Positions 50,481-64,000 of a stretch of 64,000 nucleotides of DNA are shown here, one piece after another. The translations under genes were made by a program, and so were the position numbers. This DNA is from Chrysomallon squamiferum. Its lineage: Eukaryota > Animalia > Mollusca. The notes beneath the pieces are model-generated. The model was not told where the DNA came from. It saw only the letters and a program-made list of their open reading frames with translations, and did no database searches. How positions within the stretch are numbered: position 1 is the first letter of the stretch; each line of letters starts with the position of its first letter. The DNA is taken from contig CM022665.1 in the NCBI GenBank assembly GCA_012295275.1, forward strand, positions 3,100,001 through 3,164,000. Reading direction: 5' to 3'.

Positions 50481-52397
50481 TGTTTTATTTTTTTATTTTT
50501 TTTTAAATTCTCTCTCTCATTTCTCTTCACCCACAAAATCCAATGTTTTTCTTAAAATCTGGATAATGTTTAGTCCCTTCTTTTTTTCATGGTATATCTA
50601 TTATGCTTTCTTGAAGGCCAGTTGTCTTTATTAACCAAACATGCACTAAAACGAATTATCACAGTTCATAGTGCAGTATGAAAAACAAATGAAAAACAAT
50701 TGTAGTTACTTTACCAAGTTTAATCATTTCTAAGTAATCCTGAAACTGTCATAATGTGTATATTAATAATTAATATGAATAAAAAATAATACTGCATCAG
50801 TCTCATTTTGTCCTGTATATGGTTAAAAGTGAATTTTGTCAGTAATGAAAAAATGTATAATTCAACTCAGACAGTGACTATCCCTGTGTTTTAAACTGAA
50901 CCATCTTAAAAGATTAAAAACGACCAGGATGTTGTTAGTATGCCATCAAGTGTTTGACATTTGTTATTTTAATTATTGCATGAGGATTGTCAGTCAGACT
51001 CACAGAACTGGAAACAAAATAATAATCAACTTTGCGTGTCTTAAAATAGAAAATGAAAAACTGGGGAATCCAAAGCCTTGGCTAAGTCTTTGCATGTGTA
51101 GATGTTATATAAAGTTAGCAATAAATGGGCAGGGTCCACTCTGCCTGGCAAGTTAAGCTGCGAATAAGACTACATTGAAAATCACTTTTCACCAACATCT
51201 TCTCCACCACATGGTGCCAAACAAAGCATGCAGATTTACAGGAATAACCCCACCAGTTTGACACCTAACCTTTGACCTCTTCCTATTTCTTTCCTGGTGG
51301 ACTTTTATTAAAAGTTGCCGACATAAAACAGTTCTCAGTCTACTTTGATCAGTGTTTACACAGGTGTTAATTAAATATCTGGATTATGTAAATGTTCATT
51401 TATTTTGTTATTTGGTTTCAAATGAAATGATGTATGAAATAAAAATTAAAAAAAATATATTAAATTAAATTAGATAATTTGTTTTCACTGATGTAAAAAG
51501 CAAGAAAAATGTTTGTGTGTATGTATCTGTGTGTGTGTGTGTGTGTGTGTGATGACTAATTTTATTTTGAAGACTTATCTAACATAAAAATATTCCAGTT
51601 TCCAGAAAAATGTATCATTTGTTTTCAGTTGTACTTTTTTAATATGTTACATAAAAACAGAAAAATTTCATTTATTTTGTTTGCAGTTTTAATAATGAAT
51701 GATTTATTTTGTTTCATGCCATGTTAATCAGTAACTGTTAATTTAACAATCATACAGATGATCTTTTTCTTAAAACAAATAATTCTTTAACACTACATCA
51801 GTTTGTTTTCACAGCAGAAGAGTCAAAGAAAGCAGAATTGAAGGGCATCATTGACAGAAGAATTTATCTCAGACTTTCAGTATTTACATAATTAAAACTG
51901 AAAGAGAGAGGTCCTCTGGGAAATGAATAAGTTTTGGAATCATATATTGTTAATGATATGAAGCAGTGGTTTCTTTGAGGGGGTCCAAACCATTTAAGAT
52001 AGAAACGTAAAATTTCATTAACATTTTGTGCTATTTACTTTATTATTTGTGTTATCTTTTTATTATTATTATTTTTTTATGTATCGTTTCTTTTTTTTAT
52101 CTCTTATTTTATATTTCTAGCTGGTACCTTTCACTTGTACAGGTTCTTAACAGCAACACTGATAAGAGTTTTGATAATGGTTGATGACATAAATTTATAT
52201 ACTGCGTGCTATCAGGCTATTATGGAAATCTCTGCTGTAAAGTAAATATATTGCTAAATGTAATGACAGTCATATATCTAATGTTTATTCTAGCATGGAT
52301 TATTAGGTTGCTGGTAAAAATAGAGATAAATCTGTCACACAAAATGCAAAATTCTTGATCTGCTTTTGATTTCTGGTCAAACTGACAATAGTCTTGT

Positions 52398-52600
52398 TTA
52401 CAACTGGTTTATCAAAGGCTTTGGTGTGTGTGTGTGTGTGTGTGTGCAGTATATATATATATATACAAGTAACTCATTTCATGATGGTTACAGGTTTCCT
52501 CTCTCATTATCTGTGTGGTCTTTAAACGCATGTCTGATATATAATTATGTATCAAAAATGTTCTCAGGTGTGACACTAAATAAAACAAAAGTTCCTTCCT
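52398..52600 (+). mobile_element. Decayed SINE copy (3' two-thirds, microsatellite inside)
   Basis: GGTTTCCTCTCTCATTATCTGTGTGGTC..TAAATAAAAC..TTCCTTCC tail; shared core with the 44759-45025 copy. Confidence 0.6.
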
Positions 52601-53353
52601 GGTCCTTACAAATTCTGGTCTCACTGACAGTGTATGTTCCCCAGATAAATCCCACTGGTCACTTGATGTGATGAAAGACTCACAGCCAAACACTGAAAGA
52701 CTCTTAAGAACCTTGAAGAGATTTCTTTTATTTATGTGTGTATGTCTAAGCTAATTCAGTTAAATGTGGTCAATAGGTAAAAGAAGAAGAACAAAAAAAT
52801 GTCTGATAATGTGTCAGTTCTTAACAGCCAACATCTTACATTGTTGACTGATAAGCAGAAATGAAAAATAATGTAAAATGATTTACTTTTTTCAACAAGA
52901 GAAAGTGTTACAGATAACACTGATAAGAAAGGGGAGCAAACATATTACATTTAATGAAAGCTTTTCAGCTGAAATGCTTTCACAACTGTGGAGGTTCAAG
53001 ATTATATAGTTCAAGTTGAAGATTAAATATTTCTACTGAAATGGGCTCTGCATGTTGCATGTTAACAGATGGCAGCACTGCAGCTTTGACATATGGCACA
53101 GAAGCTTAGAAGTATCCCTTGACATAGCAGCTTATCTCATGCACTTCTGTTGAGTTAAATGGCTTTTTCTCTAAAACTGAACGAAGAATGGATGAGGGGA
53201 GAAGATGGGGAAAGATGGAAAACAGCAAAGTTTATAACAGGGATGGTCTGGTTTATAAATAGAAGAAAAAAAAAATGGAAAAAGAAAAAAGGCCTGGTTT
53301 AATATATTAATTTATTTGTACTTTGATCAAAAATATACTGTTTTTTATTTAGT

Positions 53354-53404
<51 letters not shown>

Positions 53405-54208
53405 ATATGTGTGAATTTGTGTATTCATTTGTATGTATGTGTGTCTGTGTGTTTGTTATAAAGATATTTTTATTTATTGCATTTCAAACAAAATCTCAGT
53501 TAATTCAGTACAAACAAAGAAACAACAACAACAACATCATGATATGCTTTAAAATCTAAGTCAGTGCAGGTTTCTTCTATATACTTCTAAATGATCCTTA
53601 CAAAAATATTTAAAAAAAAAAAGATATACTTTATTTCATTTGTCATGACAGATCTTCTCAAAAACATTAAAGTATTTTCTAGTGCTGACACCTAAATCTG
53701 CATCTAAAAGAAAAGTGAGCAGTTTATTAGTTCTCTCAGAAACTGGATCAGTACTGTTCGAGGACCAGAGTTTGATTAGAGGGAGTCAGAGCCTTGTACA
53801 GCAGCTGACAACACATAAAAAATGTGGCTCCAGTCATTTTGTCTTCATGCAAATGCTTCACTGTGTTTTTAGTTGCAGGGGAGTAATTTGTTTTGAAATC
53901 CTTTCCAGCAGGCAACTAATGTTTTTTTTCAAATGAATTTTCCAGTTCATTAGTTGTAAGAAATTCACCCAAGTGTAGTTTTCATAGTCCTTGCCAGATG
54001 CTCATTATTGCAAACTGAATTTTTATATCTGCAGCTTTTAGTTATGTTATTTACTAATTTATTTAATGTAAAAAGCAATAAATTTGTTCATCTGGGCATA
54101 ATAATTGCTCTTGTAGCAGATTTCGTAACAGCTATTTTTAAAATTGAAGAAGGAAAACCAGAACAGTTTGTATATGGTACTGATGTCAGCAGATACATGT
54201 ATATATAA

Positions 54209-54244
<36 letters not shown>

Positions 54245-55715
54245 CATTATGTAAAGGTTGAAAAGGAAAGAAGAGTAAATATTTATTCATTCTAAAACAA
54301 CATTTCCTTTCATTAAATCATTTGATCTGAAATTTGATTTTAAAACTAGCATGACAATTTAGAATTTTATTTTATTATTTACTTCTATATCAGGTTATAA
54401 CTTACAAATAACATAATTATATTTTATTATTTAATTCAGTATCACATCATAACTGAATCAATCAGAATAATTAAAATACTTATAATTCAATACTTAACAT
54501 ATGATTCATAACTTATAACGAAAACCTATTTCAAAGCATCCAAATTGCTCTTAACAGTAACAAGCCTCTCCAATATGGCCGACATTACTGGAATGCATAG
54601 CATCGTCCAATCACATTAGCTTGTTGTACACTGCACTGATTACTGGCCGTCACTCTTGGCACCTCTGTCTGTCCACTGGGCTATGCAAAGTGTCGAAACT
54701 CATTATATCCCAGACCAATTAGTTGTGACCAGACAAACAGCCCTCTGACTTACAGGAATACCAGTAAGTCTCGCGTAGCTTGAAGCTGGACTTAAAAATA
54801 AGTTCACAGAGTGTTTTTTTCCCTGACATGAAAGAAAAACTTAAAAGAGTTCATTATCATTCATGCTACAAGTTAGGAAGAATTCATTGTGCAGGATATA
54901 TTTTTAATTTTTCAGATTATTTCTGAACATATTTTTTGGTGCAGAGAAAAGGTGGATGGATTTACCAGATGGACGAATTAATGAAGTGTGAAACAGACTT
55001 GAGATTTTTTATTATTGTTCTGTGTATGACAGAGAACAGTAGAATGAAAAGAGGAATGAACTGACGGAAGGGCAGATACATGTTTTAAAATGTATTCTTC
55101 TTAAATTAAATATTAAGTAAAATGTTGGTTTATTTATTTATATTTAGGGGTTTTGTTTTCCAAAAAAAAACATGCATATTATTTAATCATTTAAAAAAAA
55201 AAAAAAAATCTTACATTTCATTTTTTGTCACAGTACTGAAAGAAAATGAAACCAAGTAAAAATTAAATAATAATTTTATCAGCCAAATATCACTAAAGTA
55301 AATCTCCCACTTCACAGACCGTCCTCTTCATAGACAAAGAAAATGTGAAGAACGTCTGTTGATTAGTATTACATTTTTACAATGCATTACATACCCACAC
55401 ACAGGGGCAGGCGGGACAGGGACTCTAAGTGATGCAAGCTGATGGGTTCCAACTGAAAGGCAGCAGATGTAAGTGTGTGTTTATACCACAATGTCCTGTT
55501 CAAACAAACATGACCTCTGTGATTATTATTACCATAAACACAACATCCATCTTGTACAGACCACTGAAATTTTTATAAACATTTATTAAAATGGCAGAAT
55601 TCTAGCAGTGAGGCTTTAAGGAATAAAAATTTTGTAAAGACAATTTGTATTATAAAAACAATGTTTTGAGACCTTCTGTGTAATAAAATTATTTATTATT
55701 TCTGGAGAACAATGC

Positions 55716-55747
<32 letters not shown>

Positions 55748-57321
55748 TTTTGAAAAGATAACAGTGTGAAATGGCTTTATGACAAAATACTAGATATATT
55801 TAATATTTGTTTGGGTTGGAGGAATGATCAGATGATAACAAAAATCTGTCATAAAGAAGAAGAAAAAATAAATAAATAAAAAAATAAATAAAAATAAATA
55901 AATAATAAAAATAAACCTACCATGTGCTGTATATATATATATATTTTTGTTCAAAATAGAAAAATGAAAATGTCAGTATTCTAATTCCAAGTGAAGCTGT
56001 GATAACCTGCAGTTATTTATTTTACAAAGTAAAATTCTATTTCTGTTTGATTGAAAGAAACAAGCACTGTATAAAAGATACAATAAAAATCTCAGTGAAC
56101 TTTCCCTGTGTGAGCTGACCTAATGTAAGCATTCTCCAGATGTGAGTTTTATCACACACGCACGTGTTATCTTCATCACATACCTACACAACTTCTTATG
56201 CAATAACAGCTAACATGTGTAAACAATAGAACTAATCTGTTCAGTACACACACAGCATCACAGATACACAAATGTTACAGTGTGCAATATTTTCATGTAG
56301 TCTGCATGTGTGTGTATATGAAAGGACTTTTACACAGAGACACACAGTCACACTCGAACATACACACAAACACACATACATACATACATACACACATCAA
56401 ACACATATACATATAGAAACAATCACACATAAACACTCACACACAATTACATAAACACTGACATGCACAAACACGTAAACAAACACATACAAACACAAAC
56501 ATACACACAAGCACATACTAACACATAAACATACACATAGACACACAAGCAAACAGACACATGTATACAAACACAAATGCACATACACATAAACACACAG
56601 GTATTTAGACATCAAAAAGAATGTTCAACTTATTTGATCTGTTTAACAGATGTGAAGAGTTATTGACCTCGTTGTACTTAAATAAGTATGAACTGCGTAA
56701 GAAAACAAAGCAAGTTTTCAAAAACAATCTTAACAGGAATAAGAACAACACAAAACTTTCAAAATCAGAATTTATTCTCTACAAAATAATGTATATAATT
56801 TTTTTTTAATAAATTAAAAAGTTAATGAAAACAAATTTTATATTTATTGTTGTAAGGGATAAAATCAAAACATAAACATCAAATCAAAATAATAATTAAT
56901 TAGCCAATTGTCAGTCTGTTGTATCAATTTTACATTTTTATGTAACATTAAAACTGCTGCAAAGTTTCCAGTTATTACTTTTGATGTCTCACTTTTGGGC
57001 TGACATATTAAAATATTAGCTTTTGCAACACTGGAGAGATAAAAGGGAACATTCTATTGGTTGAAGTTATCAGATGTCACTGATACACTAATTAATACTA
57101 CAACAAACAGTGAGTAACAGTCGCCACAAGAACTTGGTCCCATACAATCAATAACATTGATCTTGTGTTCGACTGTACACACTTAATTAGGTGACAGCCA
57201 TGAATGTAACACTGCCATGCAATTAGCAGGAACACTGGGAAAATATTTACCCACAAAACAATGCAGGAATACGGCACATTTTTCAAACTGGTTGCAGTTA
57301 AGTCCTATCATGGAATTGTTT

Positions 57322-57369
<48 letters not shown>

Positions 57370-57598
57370 GTGAAAGAGAGAGAGAAAAAACAAAATGGAT
57401 GGAGAGATAGATTTATAGACTGACAGATATAGATAGATAGATAAACTACTGACTGATTGATTGTTAGAAAGAGACTCAGAGAGAAAGAGAGACAGAGACA
57501 GAGATAGACAGATTAACAAAGAGAGATATTTTATATACATGATTAGTTTTATAATATAAAAGTAAATGCCACAAGAAGACATAAAGTGACATTTTATG

Positions 57599-57885
57599 AA
57601 GTAGCTCAGTGGTTAGAGTACCAGACATAAAAATCAAACTTTGAAAACCCATTCCTTTTTCTATGAGTTATTTCCCCTTCCAGCCATTGCTCCATGTCAA
57701 CATATCTGTTTATGAAAAGATAATAATAATAATAATAAATAAAAGAACCTTTGCTGCTAATTTGTAAGAGTAAATTATGGCATGCTGCCTTACAGGTTTC
57801 TGTCTTATTCGACACAACACAACATATGACTAACTCTTAATCACATTTAATATTTAGAATGTGCTGAGGTAACTTTAAATATTGA
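57599..57885 (+). mobile_element. Decayed tRNA-derived SINE copy with Pol III A-box
   Basis: TAGCTCAGTGG A-box at 57602-57612; core ATAAAAGAACCTTTGCTGCTAA (57739-57760) shared with the other copies. Confidence 0.65.
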
Positions 57886-59633
57886 TTTACTCAACATACA
57901 GTAGATTCTCTGTGTGTTTAAGATAATAATTTGACTTGTTCATTCAGAGAGTGGACAGTCAATGTGAAAATAATGTTCAGAGAACCTCAACCTTCACTAA
58001 CATCTGATAATCTGTATAGAAAAGAAAAAGACAATTAATTATTGATGTTCATGATGAAGTAACAAATTTTACAAAATCAAACAATTTGTAAGAAAATTAA
58101 CTTTTGGATGTTTGATGGAAAATTTAAAATAGATATTTAAGGGAACAAAAGATTAATAATAATTATAAAAAAATAAAATAAAAAAATAAAAATATTATAT
58201 TTGTGGTCATGATCAAAAAAAAAGTAATCTTTAAACCCAGTTAATTGTGTCATTATTGCAAGTTAAGTAAATATGTGCAGAAGCCCATAAAATTAAATTT
58301 TTATGTTCATTTCAGAAAGTACATTTATTTAACATCATGGCTCTAACACATTTTATCACATGATTAAAATTATGCTATCAAGTACATGGTTAAGAACCGT
58401 ACATGCAGATAATGAAAAGACACCAATTGCTACTCTTTTCTAGAAGATGCAATTTGCTTTCTAAACTGGAAAAGCTGACATGGTCCCAGTATGTGAAATC
58501 AATGGCTGAAATACAGTTATTTATTCAGTATAAAATGAAGATTTCTTTTGTTTTGGTTTTTTTGTTAATAATTGAAACAAAAGAGATTTTATATCTACTT
58601 TGAGAACAGCACTTGAGAGAAATGGAAAAATTTGTAGTATTGATTTTGTATTCAAGCCTATCCTATTACAACGAAATGAAATATTTCAGTTAAAAAAAAT
58701 GGAGACAGCCACAAAACATAAAAACATATTCAGTGATTCAATTTTAATTAATTTTTTTTTAAGTGCCATTCAGTTTTATGACAGTCAAAGAAACAGATAT
58801 CTTCAAGTTGCAATGAATTTAGGTAAATAGGGCACAGATGAACAGATGTGTTGTATCTTTTCATTTTATACCAATTTCTGAAATGTGGTGCATTTGTTGA
58901 AATAATTATTGAAAGGTATTTTTTGTTTCAAAGACATGGAATTGAACATCCATGAACAAGTCCATATTAACTGCAGTCAGTGGTCTGTTTAAACAATACT
59001 AATACATTTTGTAACACGTAGTACCTTAAAAATACATCTTACAGTTAATCATCTCCTTTCATTCTGCAAATCACAAAACATGTCATCCTTTATTAAACAC
59101 AATATAAGATAACGTAAAGCCTTTTCTTTTCACATAGCTGTTAATCTTAGATGACTTCACCTACACAATTAAGACTAATCATCAAACAAACTCTAAATCT
59201 GCTTATCTCAGAGTAAAGCGTGTAACTTTCAACTGACACCAACACACACTGCTGGACATCGGTCAGATCCGCTATCATATTAACAGTCATGATAATCAGC
59301 ATAATGTCATTTTGATAAAGGCAATTCTTGTCCATAAACTTCTGGCCAGTGGTCAAATGAGGTATCTTAATAATGGTCGTGATAATTAACATAATGCTGT
59401 TTTGATAAAGACAATTGTTGTCTCATCAAAGTAAAGAGGTGCTCAGCCAGAGGCAATCAGTGAACAGTGAGTCCCAGTCAGAATGTGCCCTTAACCAACA
59501 GCTACTGCAATCAGTGATCACAGGTCCTGTCTGTCCCACAGGACACTTCAAACACTGTGATCAAACAAGTTGCTGTGATCCACATCTCTTTACTTTTCCT
59601 CTGCTTGATGAGTTTCTAAACAGCTGGGGCTGG

Positions 59634-59918
59634 CTGCAAAAACAATACATTTGCTGTTTAGAAAATAACATGACAAATTGGTAAAAGTTAGTCAACACTG
59701 TGAAAGACAAAGTGTTGTTGTAAACCCAGCCATGTAGCTAGCTGTCTTTCAGTTTGTGCATAGATAAGACTTTGTCTAAACTGCAAAAACAATACATTTG
59801 CTGTTTAGAAAATAATGTGACAAATTTGTAAAAGTTAGTCAACACAGTGAAAGACAGTTTTTATTCTGGACCATATAGTTGTGTGTCAGTTTGTACACAG
59901 ATGAGACTGTCTAAACTG
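59634..59918. repeat. Tandem duplication of a ~147-bp unit (2 copies)
   Basis: CTGCAAAAACAATACATTTGCTGTTTAGAAAATAA..AAAAGTTAGTCAACAC.GTGAAAGACA starts at 59634 and again at 59781. Confidence 0.9.
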
Positions 59919-61004
59919 GATTAATAAAACATTTAAAAAATTGTCTTTTTATATTTAATAACACTCATTTAAAAAACATTATTATATAAATACACTTATA
60001 GTTATAATTATCAAAAATATATGCAAACAGATGTAAAAATGTACTTCAAAATGCTTTAAAAACATAAGACATACATTAAAAATAAGCAAATATATATTTG
60101 AAAAAATAAACCAAAAGAAAAGGTTTATTTTACACTAAACTGTTGCAATAACTAATATTCATATGACAGCAATAAGAAAACATTCCCAAAAACAAAAAAT
60201 ATACTCAAAACAAAACGCAGCATGCAGAGAGAAAATGCATGTTTTCATGTATTTATATAATGTGTTTATGTACACACACACATTCATACATACATATATA
60301 TATATATATATACACATACAGATATCAGTGTTGGCATGGAGGAATGATCTAAGAGATTTTTCACCTATGTTTGAATTCAACAAATAACCGAGTACCACAA
60401 CAACTTCAGATCTGTGAACCAACTTTAAATTTGTCATCAACACAGGCTGTGTGTGGAGAGACTATTTTTCAAAGAGTGTTGACCAGATTGAGGAAGGAGA
60501 TAGAAGATAAAGACAAACACAATGCTTAGCACTTTATTTTCAGTGCAGAGATAATGCTGAGAACATGGTGTTCTTCGTGTAAACATTCTGCAGGAACTAT
60601 CACTAGATGGAATCACTTGTGAGATTAAACACAATAAGATGGCTTCTTATTAACGTACAAGGAATAACACTTGCTGACAGCAAGAGCTATTTTAGCATCA
60701 AAGAAGAATGATAGGATGAGGAAAATAGAAAAAGATAAACAAATAGCTTGTACATCATGCATCTAGAGGTATATAATATTATTTATAAGTGTATACATAC
60801 TACATGGCAAAGGTGAGCATGCTAATTATATTCTTAATAACATCCCGTTCCAGTCATGGCTCCTAAACTTAGTTTGCAGAATATATTAATGATGTTTTTC
60901 TTCATTAGTATAATATATACAAAGAAACTAAAAACATCATTCAGTTGAAATAATGTTAAGGACAAAGGATTCTAATTAAATTAATATTTAGGTCTCAGCT
61001 TATG

Positions 61005-61066
61005 ATCAGCAGCAAGGGATCTTTTTCAAGCACATTTCCATTGACAGAAAAACATGTACTATAACC
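61005..61066 (-). mobile_element. SINE core fragment
   Basis: TCAGCAGCAAGGGATCTTTT core shared with the 44871 and 57739 copies. Confidence 0.5.
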
Positions 61067-62334
61067 TGTTGGAATAGTTACAAAACCAATTCACACATAA
61101 TCTTCCACACAGTCTTTTATATGTTTCTTGCTGTTAATTTTTTAACAGAAGAAATGACCTTGGAATTTTGTCAGTAGATTTTTTTTGTTCTCCTTTTATC
61201 ATCACACAATATATTATATGTATATGTGTATATATTTGAAACTTAACCATTCACAGGAATAAAAAAAAAAAAATCCTTCATTCAGCTAATAAGAACATGT
61301 TTTTTTTTTTTTTTTTTTTTTTTTTATAGTTTAAAAACAAAATTAGATAAACATTTTAAATCACATTTACAGCTTTTTTACAGTACATTCTCATGGAACC
61401 AAATTTAATCTGTTTCTAAATTTGTTGCATTCATGATTAGATAGCTGGTCATTGTTAACAGAACTTTTTCAAGTGATTTAAAATTGGATGGTTAGTAGAG
61501 ATATGTCAGTTAGATACAGAAGAGATATAGATATATATATATTTATGTGTATGTAATATTTATTGCAAGTAAAAAAAATGGAAAATATAAGTGCTTCACA
61601 TTTTTGTCTCAGTCTGATGATATGGCAGTAAAATGGAGTTTTCATAGACAATAATTTTATAAACTATTTACAGAGAGTATTTTTTTTATTATTATTAAAC
61701 TAAAATCTCATAAAAAAAAGTATTTTTATTATTTTTATTTAAATGATTTCATTAACAACTTCATATACTTCTTAATTTATTCTTTCTAAAAAAAATAAAT
61801 AATAATAATGACAATAACAATTCTTTTAAGCCAAACAATAATTTAATTTAATGAAAATAAATATACAGTAAATAAATAAATATGATTAATACAAAATTAT
61901 CATAATTCTCTGACATTTTAAATATATAACAATATTTTACATTTAACATAAATAACATGCATTTGGTAGAAAATATTCATATAATTGTGTTTTTGTTACA
62001 AGTTTTATGAAAGAAAATGTTGAGATGATGTTTGTTGCAGGTTGTATCTGTAACGAACTGCAGCTAATGAAGCCATTTTGGTAGTACACTGTTCCGTGAA
62101 ATAAATAAATAAATAAATAAATACATGTAGTTTTGTTGATTGCTAGTGTCACAACAGCAGCTCTCTACGTCAACACTTAGGTGTTCTGTTGGTCAGTATC
62201 AGAATGTGATCTTTTGTTAACCTGATACTTTGACAAACAGATCTCTGACTGAATCACTTTGTCACCACTCAACACCACAGTGAACTCAACCCACCAACCT
62301 ACAGTTTATACCATACATCCATGTGTATTTTCAC

Positions 62335-62747
62335 ACTATACACAAACAAGCATATACACACACAATTCATACAGCACACACACATGAAAGACATACCATA
62401 CACACACACACTCACACACATTAAAATAACAATACACTGATATACATATTAATACACACAGTACATATAGCACACACATGAAAGACATACCATACACACA
62501 CACACACACATTAAAATACCTATACACTGATATACATATTAATACACACACACACACATACAGATACACATTAATGCACACGTTAACAAACACTCACATA
62601 TTAACATAATACATACTCTTACACACTAATACACAGTCAAACATTAACACACACATAACAGAGATACACGTTAAGCCATACACAAAACACACACTAACCC
62701 ATGCACAATATGATTCACATACGCACATCACACACACTCGCACATTA

Positions 62748-62790
<43 letters not shown>
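62335..62790. repeat. CA-rich low-complexity tract with an internal ~100-bp duplication and (CA)n
   Basis: AGCACACACATGAAAGACATACCATACACAC..ATACACTGATATACATATTAATACACACA occurs twice. Confidence 0.85.
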
Positions 62791-63229
62791 CTGTACCCAT
62801 TTCGTTTTCAAAATATCATGTCACACTGACAGAGCTTCCTGTCAGATTTCAGTTTACCAACTGTCATGTTACACTCATCTACGTGTCGGTTCTAATTACA
62901 CATTGTCTGTTACATGATTTAAGTATGTCATCACACTGCCACCAATAATCATCGCTCTGGCAGCTTTCTCGTCTGAAATTACTCAACTCGAACAGGACAC
63001 GCTGCCCGGCAGCATACACGGCATTCCTAGGGAAAAACACAATTAATTATTGTCCATCAGCCTATGACAGCTACACCGAGGGTCCGAGGCAAGTGCTAAT
63101 AACAGCAGTCGTCCTGTCAAAGACAACTCTTTAATCAGAGTGGCCAAAGTAAACTGACTGATGAGCAAACTAACTTCAAACATGAACAGAACAATTGGTA
63201 AGTCAAAGTGGTCGGTCTTGACCAGAGAG

Positions 63230-63515
63230 AGTGTTTGTCTAATTGTGACTTGTTTGTAACAAGTAACTACTGTCGGTGTCCAGTGTTTCTAATTATAATT
63301 TGCTGTAACAAGTAACTATTGTCAGTGTTTCGAGTTACGACTTATTTGTAACAAGTAACTACTGTCGGTGTCCAGTGTTTTTTATTATAATTTGGGGTAA
63401 CAAGTAACTATTGTCAGTGTTTCTAATTACGATTTATTTGTAACAAGTAACTGCTGTTAGTGTCTCCAATTACGATTTCTTTGTAACAAGTAACTACTGC
63501 CAGCGTTCAGTGTTT
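63230..63515. repeat. Minisatellite with 43/49-bp units
   Basis: GTAACAAGTAACT anchor at 63256, 63305, 63348, 63397, 63440 and 63483 (spacing 49, 43, 49, 43, 43). Confidence 0.92.
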
Positions 63516-64000
63516 TAAAAGAACAAGACATCTATGACTCGCTCATAACAAGTAAGCATTATCAGAAATTCAATTATATATACAACCAAACAAATTAAAA
63601 TTAGCTATAGATGATCTTTTGTTACAAATAATTTTGTTCAGAGTGGTGACTGGATCTGACGCTGGAGGTGGTCTTTTTACAGCTAATGAAATACTTAATG
63701 ATACAACAGCACGACATGGACTGAAATTAACATTTGTTTATTTGAATTATTGAATTGGAATGCTTCACGTGACTTAAATAAAAGCAGAGAAAGAATTTCA
63801 TTAATAAGAAAAAAAAAAGTTTATTAAATTTCTTTTTGTGCATTAAATAGAGTGGAAAATAAATTAGAAAATGTTCGTCTGCTGACGGAAGATTTATAAC
63901 GCAGTTTTACTGTATTTTATTATTTTTTCATTTGTAATTTTCTTTTTGTTCTTTTTGTACTATTATGCTAATGTGTTATTGTTTCTTTATTATTACCCAA

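Noticed and set aside
54008-54208. + strand ORF segment ADFVTAIFKIEEGKPEQFVYG as an exon (likewise 51795-51870 and 60446-60530)
   Set aside because: Weak or missing donors, no recognisable family and no consistent exon chain.
57602-57680. tRNA gene
   Set aside because: A-box only, with no intact B-box or cloverleaf; it is a SINE head.

Overview
AT-rich animal genomic DNA, most likely a lophotrochozoan. A decayed tRNA-headed SINE resembles, from memory only, a gastropod family. The one protein-coding gene I can fully reconstruct is a + strand Notch ligand, Delta. It has 10 coding exons (11844-27715, all GT-AG, phases consistent, 2421 nt = 806 aa) encoding a signal peptide, MNNL/C2, DSL, 9 EGF repeats, a TM helix and an intracellular tail ending in the PDZ ligand ATEV. 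It has a TATA(-31)+Inr core promoter and four GGCACGCG(A/C)C HES/E(spl) repressor sites mixed with proneural E-boxes upstream. Its probable ~3 kb 3'UTR carries many conserved miRNA seed matches. The window has two compositional domains. 1-~34.6 kb keeps CpG and has no recognisable TEs (the Delta domain). ~34.7-62.8 kb is strongly CpG-depleted, holds SINE/hAT/Helentron remnants and minisatellites, and probably is the methylated body of an unidentified convergent minus-strand gene. I found no prokaryotic-type system, CRISPR array or RNA gene, and nothing that amounts to a demonstrably new biological system. Most ORFs in the supplied track are microsatellite or homopolymer artefacts.
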